A stretch of DNA of 8,323 nucleotides, taken from Takakia lepidozioides. Lineage: Eukaryota; Plantae; Bryophyta. The position numbers were made by a program, and so were the translations under genes. Positions 7,302 to 8,323 of the stretch are shown here, piece after piece. The notes beneath the pieces were generated by a model, which ran no database searches, was not told the origin of the DNA, and saw nothing but the letters and a program-made list of their open reading frames with translations. The DNA lies in NCBI GenBank assembly GCA_030704615.1, contig JAKLZA010000292.1:1-8323 (forward strand). Reading direction: 5' to 3'. Within the stretch, counting starts at the first letter, position 1. Each line of letters opens with the position of its first letter.

Positions 7302-8323
7302 AAATAGCAGCCCCCAAATATACTACGGCCTATGTTGTAGGACATTCCACATAAATGTGGAGGATATCACAGTTCACCGTAGGTTGCTTGTGGGCAGTAT
7401 CATGATCTAAAGACACCTAAACACAATTCCAAAGCTTCTGCATAAGATGCACCAACCAACATTGCATTGTGAGACACTCACTATACTCCAAAATTACCAG
7501 GGAAGGTCACTGAGCAACCTGCCAAGGCGGAAACACCTGAGTCTGGACCCACACTATATCCCTGCTCCTTCAGCTATCCATGCCTCTACACAAATCAAGC
7601 ATACATCCTTGCCTTGCTGCTAGCAGCTGACGATGACAGCCTAGATTTGTTCTAGGAAACACCCAACTCAACTTATCACACTAGTTCTTATGCTCAATTG
7701 CATCCCTGTGAATCAATAGCTACTAGCAACCTGCATGGGTAGATGGTCAACTGGAAACTACAGCAGCAGCAACACAATTGATAAATTCAGGCACTAAGGC
7801 ACCTTCTTCAACACATTTCACCCTGTTTTTCCCTCTTATCAAAATCGCCCCTGAATTTTCATGTTGAATTCTGCAAGTTAGCTGGACTGACTGATATTGC
7901 CAATGTGACAACAGGAAAGTATCCAGAAACAGATAATAGAGATAAGGAGACCAGGAGTTGTGGAATGAATACTTTTCTGACCCCAGTCAATGGTGGGACA
8001 ATCGAATGATAAAGGTAATGTCCTCATAGGTATGCCAGATTTTCAAAACGAGAACACCTTGTTGAAGCTACTGCTATCAATGCCAGCTTATCGTTGTTGT
8101 ATGAGAGCCCATGTCTACTGCCCTGTCAGAGTGATCACAACCAGGATGGCTTTCCGCAACCATTTATGTACTGGGCAAATACATATCAACCACAGCAATA
8201 AGACCATCACGTTCAATTTGTGATTTCCAAGGTGGTGCTAATACCTTCATCGACCATTGGCATATACCCCAAGAGCAGCCTGAAGATCGCCATAGCAGAG
8301 AGGGTTACAGTATACGCTGGTGC

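Larger units (their letters stand above)
1..7315. mobile_element. Putative right part of a large DNA transposon-like element carrying the two genes and the palindrome arrays
   Basis: Inference from the shared repeat family across both genes, short repeats near 7235-7301 and an abrupt drop in CpG after about 7320. No transposase is visible in the window. Confidence 0.4.

Noticed and set aside
7990-8223. 77-aa ORF and possible minus-strand coding remnants at the window end
   Set aside because: No recognisable motif, the minus-strand frames I read are interrupted by stops, and the flank looks decayed; no call can be supported.

Overview
Eukaryotic, most likely plant DNA (GT-AG introns of about 80-150 nt, a CCCTAAA/telo-box motif). 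Positions <1-4698 (+) hold a 5'-truncated, 9-exon gene of more than 1,250 codons that the ORF track shatters. Spliced and frameshift-corrected by eye, it encodes a low-complexity N-terminus, a ParB/Sulfiredoxin-like domain (FFVWDGNHRLLAW), a helical middle, a beta-class N6A/N4C DNA methyltransferase-like domain (motif IV degenerate DIPD, motif I VLDLICGTG) and an acidic tail. A 22-bp palindrome, GGAAATGCGG-YR-CCGCATTTCC, occurs about 18 times: once in each of three introns, in a spaced cluster with unique spacers (4883-5421), in a ~33-bp tandem array of alternating palindromes (5482-5676), and at the tip of a long hairpin (5998-6060). That hairpin lies just upstream of a second, intronless, frameshifted gene (6089-6852). 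After about 7320 the DNA becomes CpG-depleted, suggesting the edge of a young, CpG-rich mobile element. Working hypothesis: a transposon-borne ParB-like/MTase-like protein with its own cognate palindromic sites (parS-like or VANC-like). Dense small indels may be assembly errors rather than true decay.
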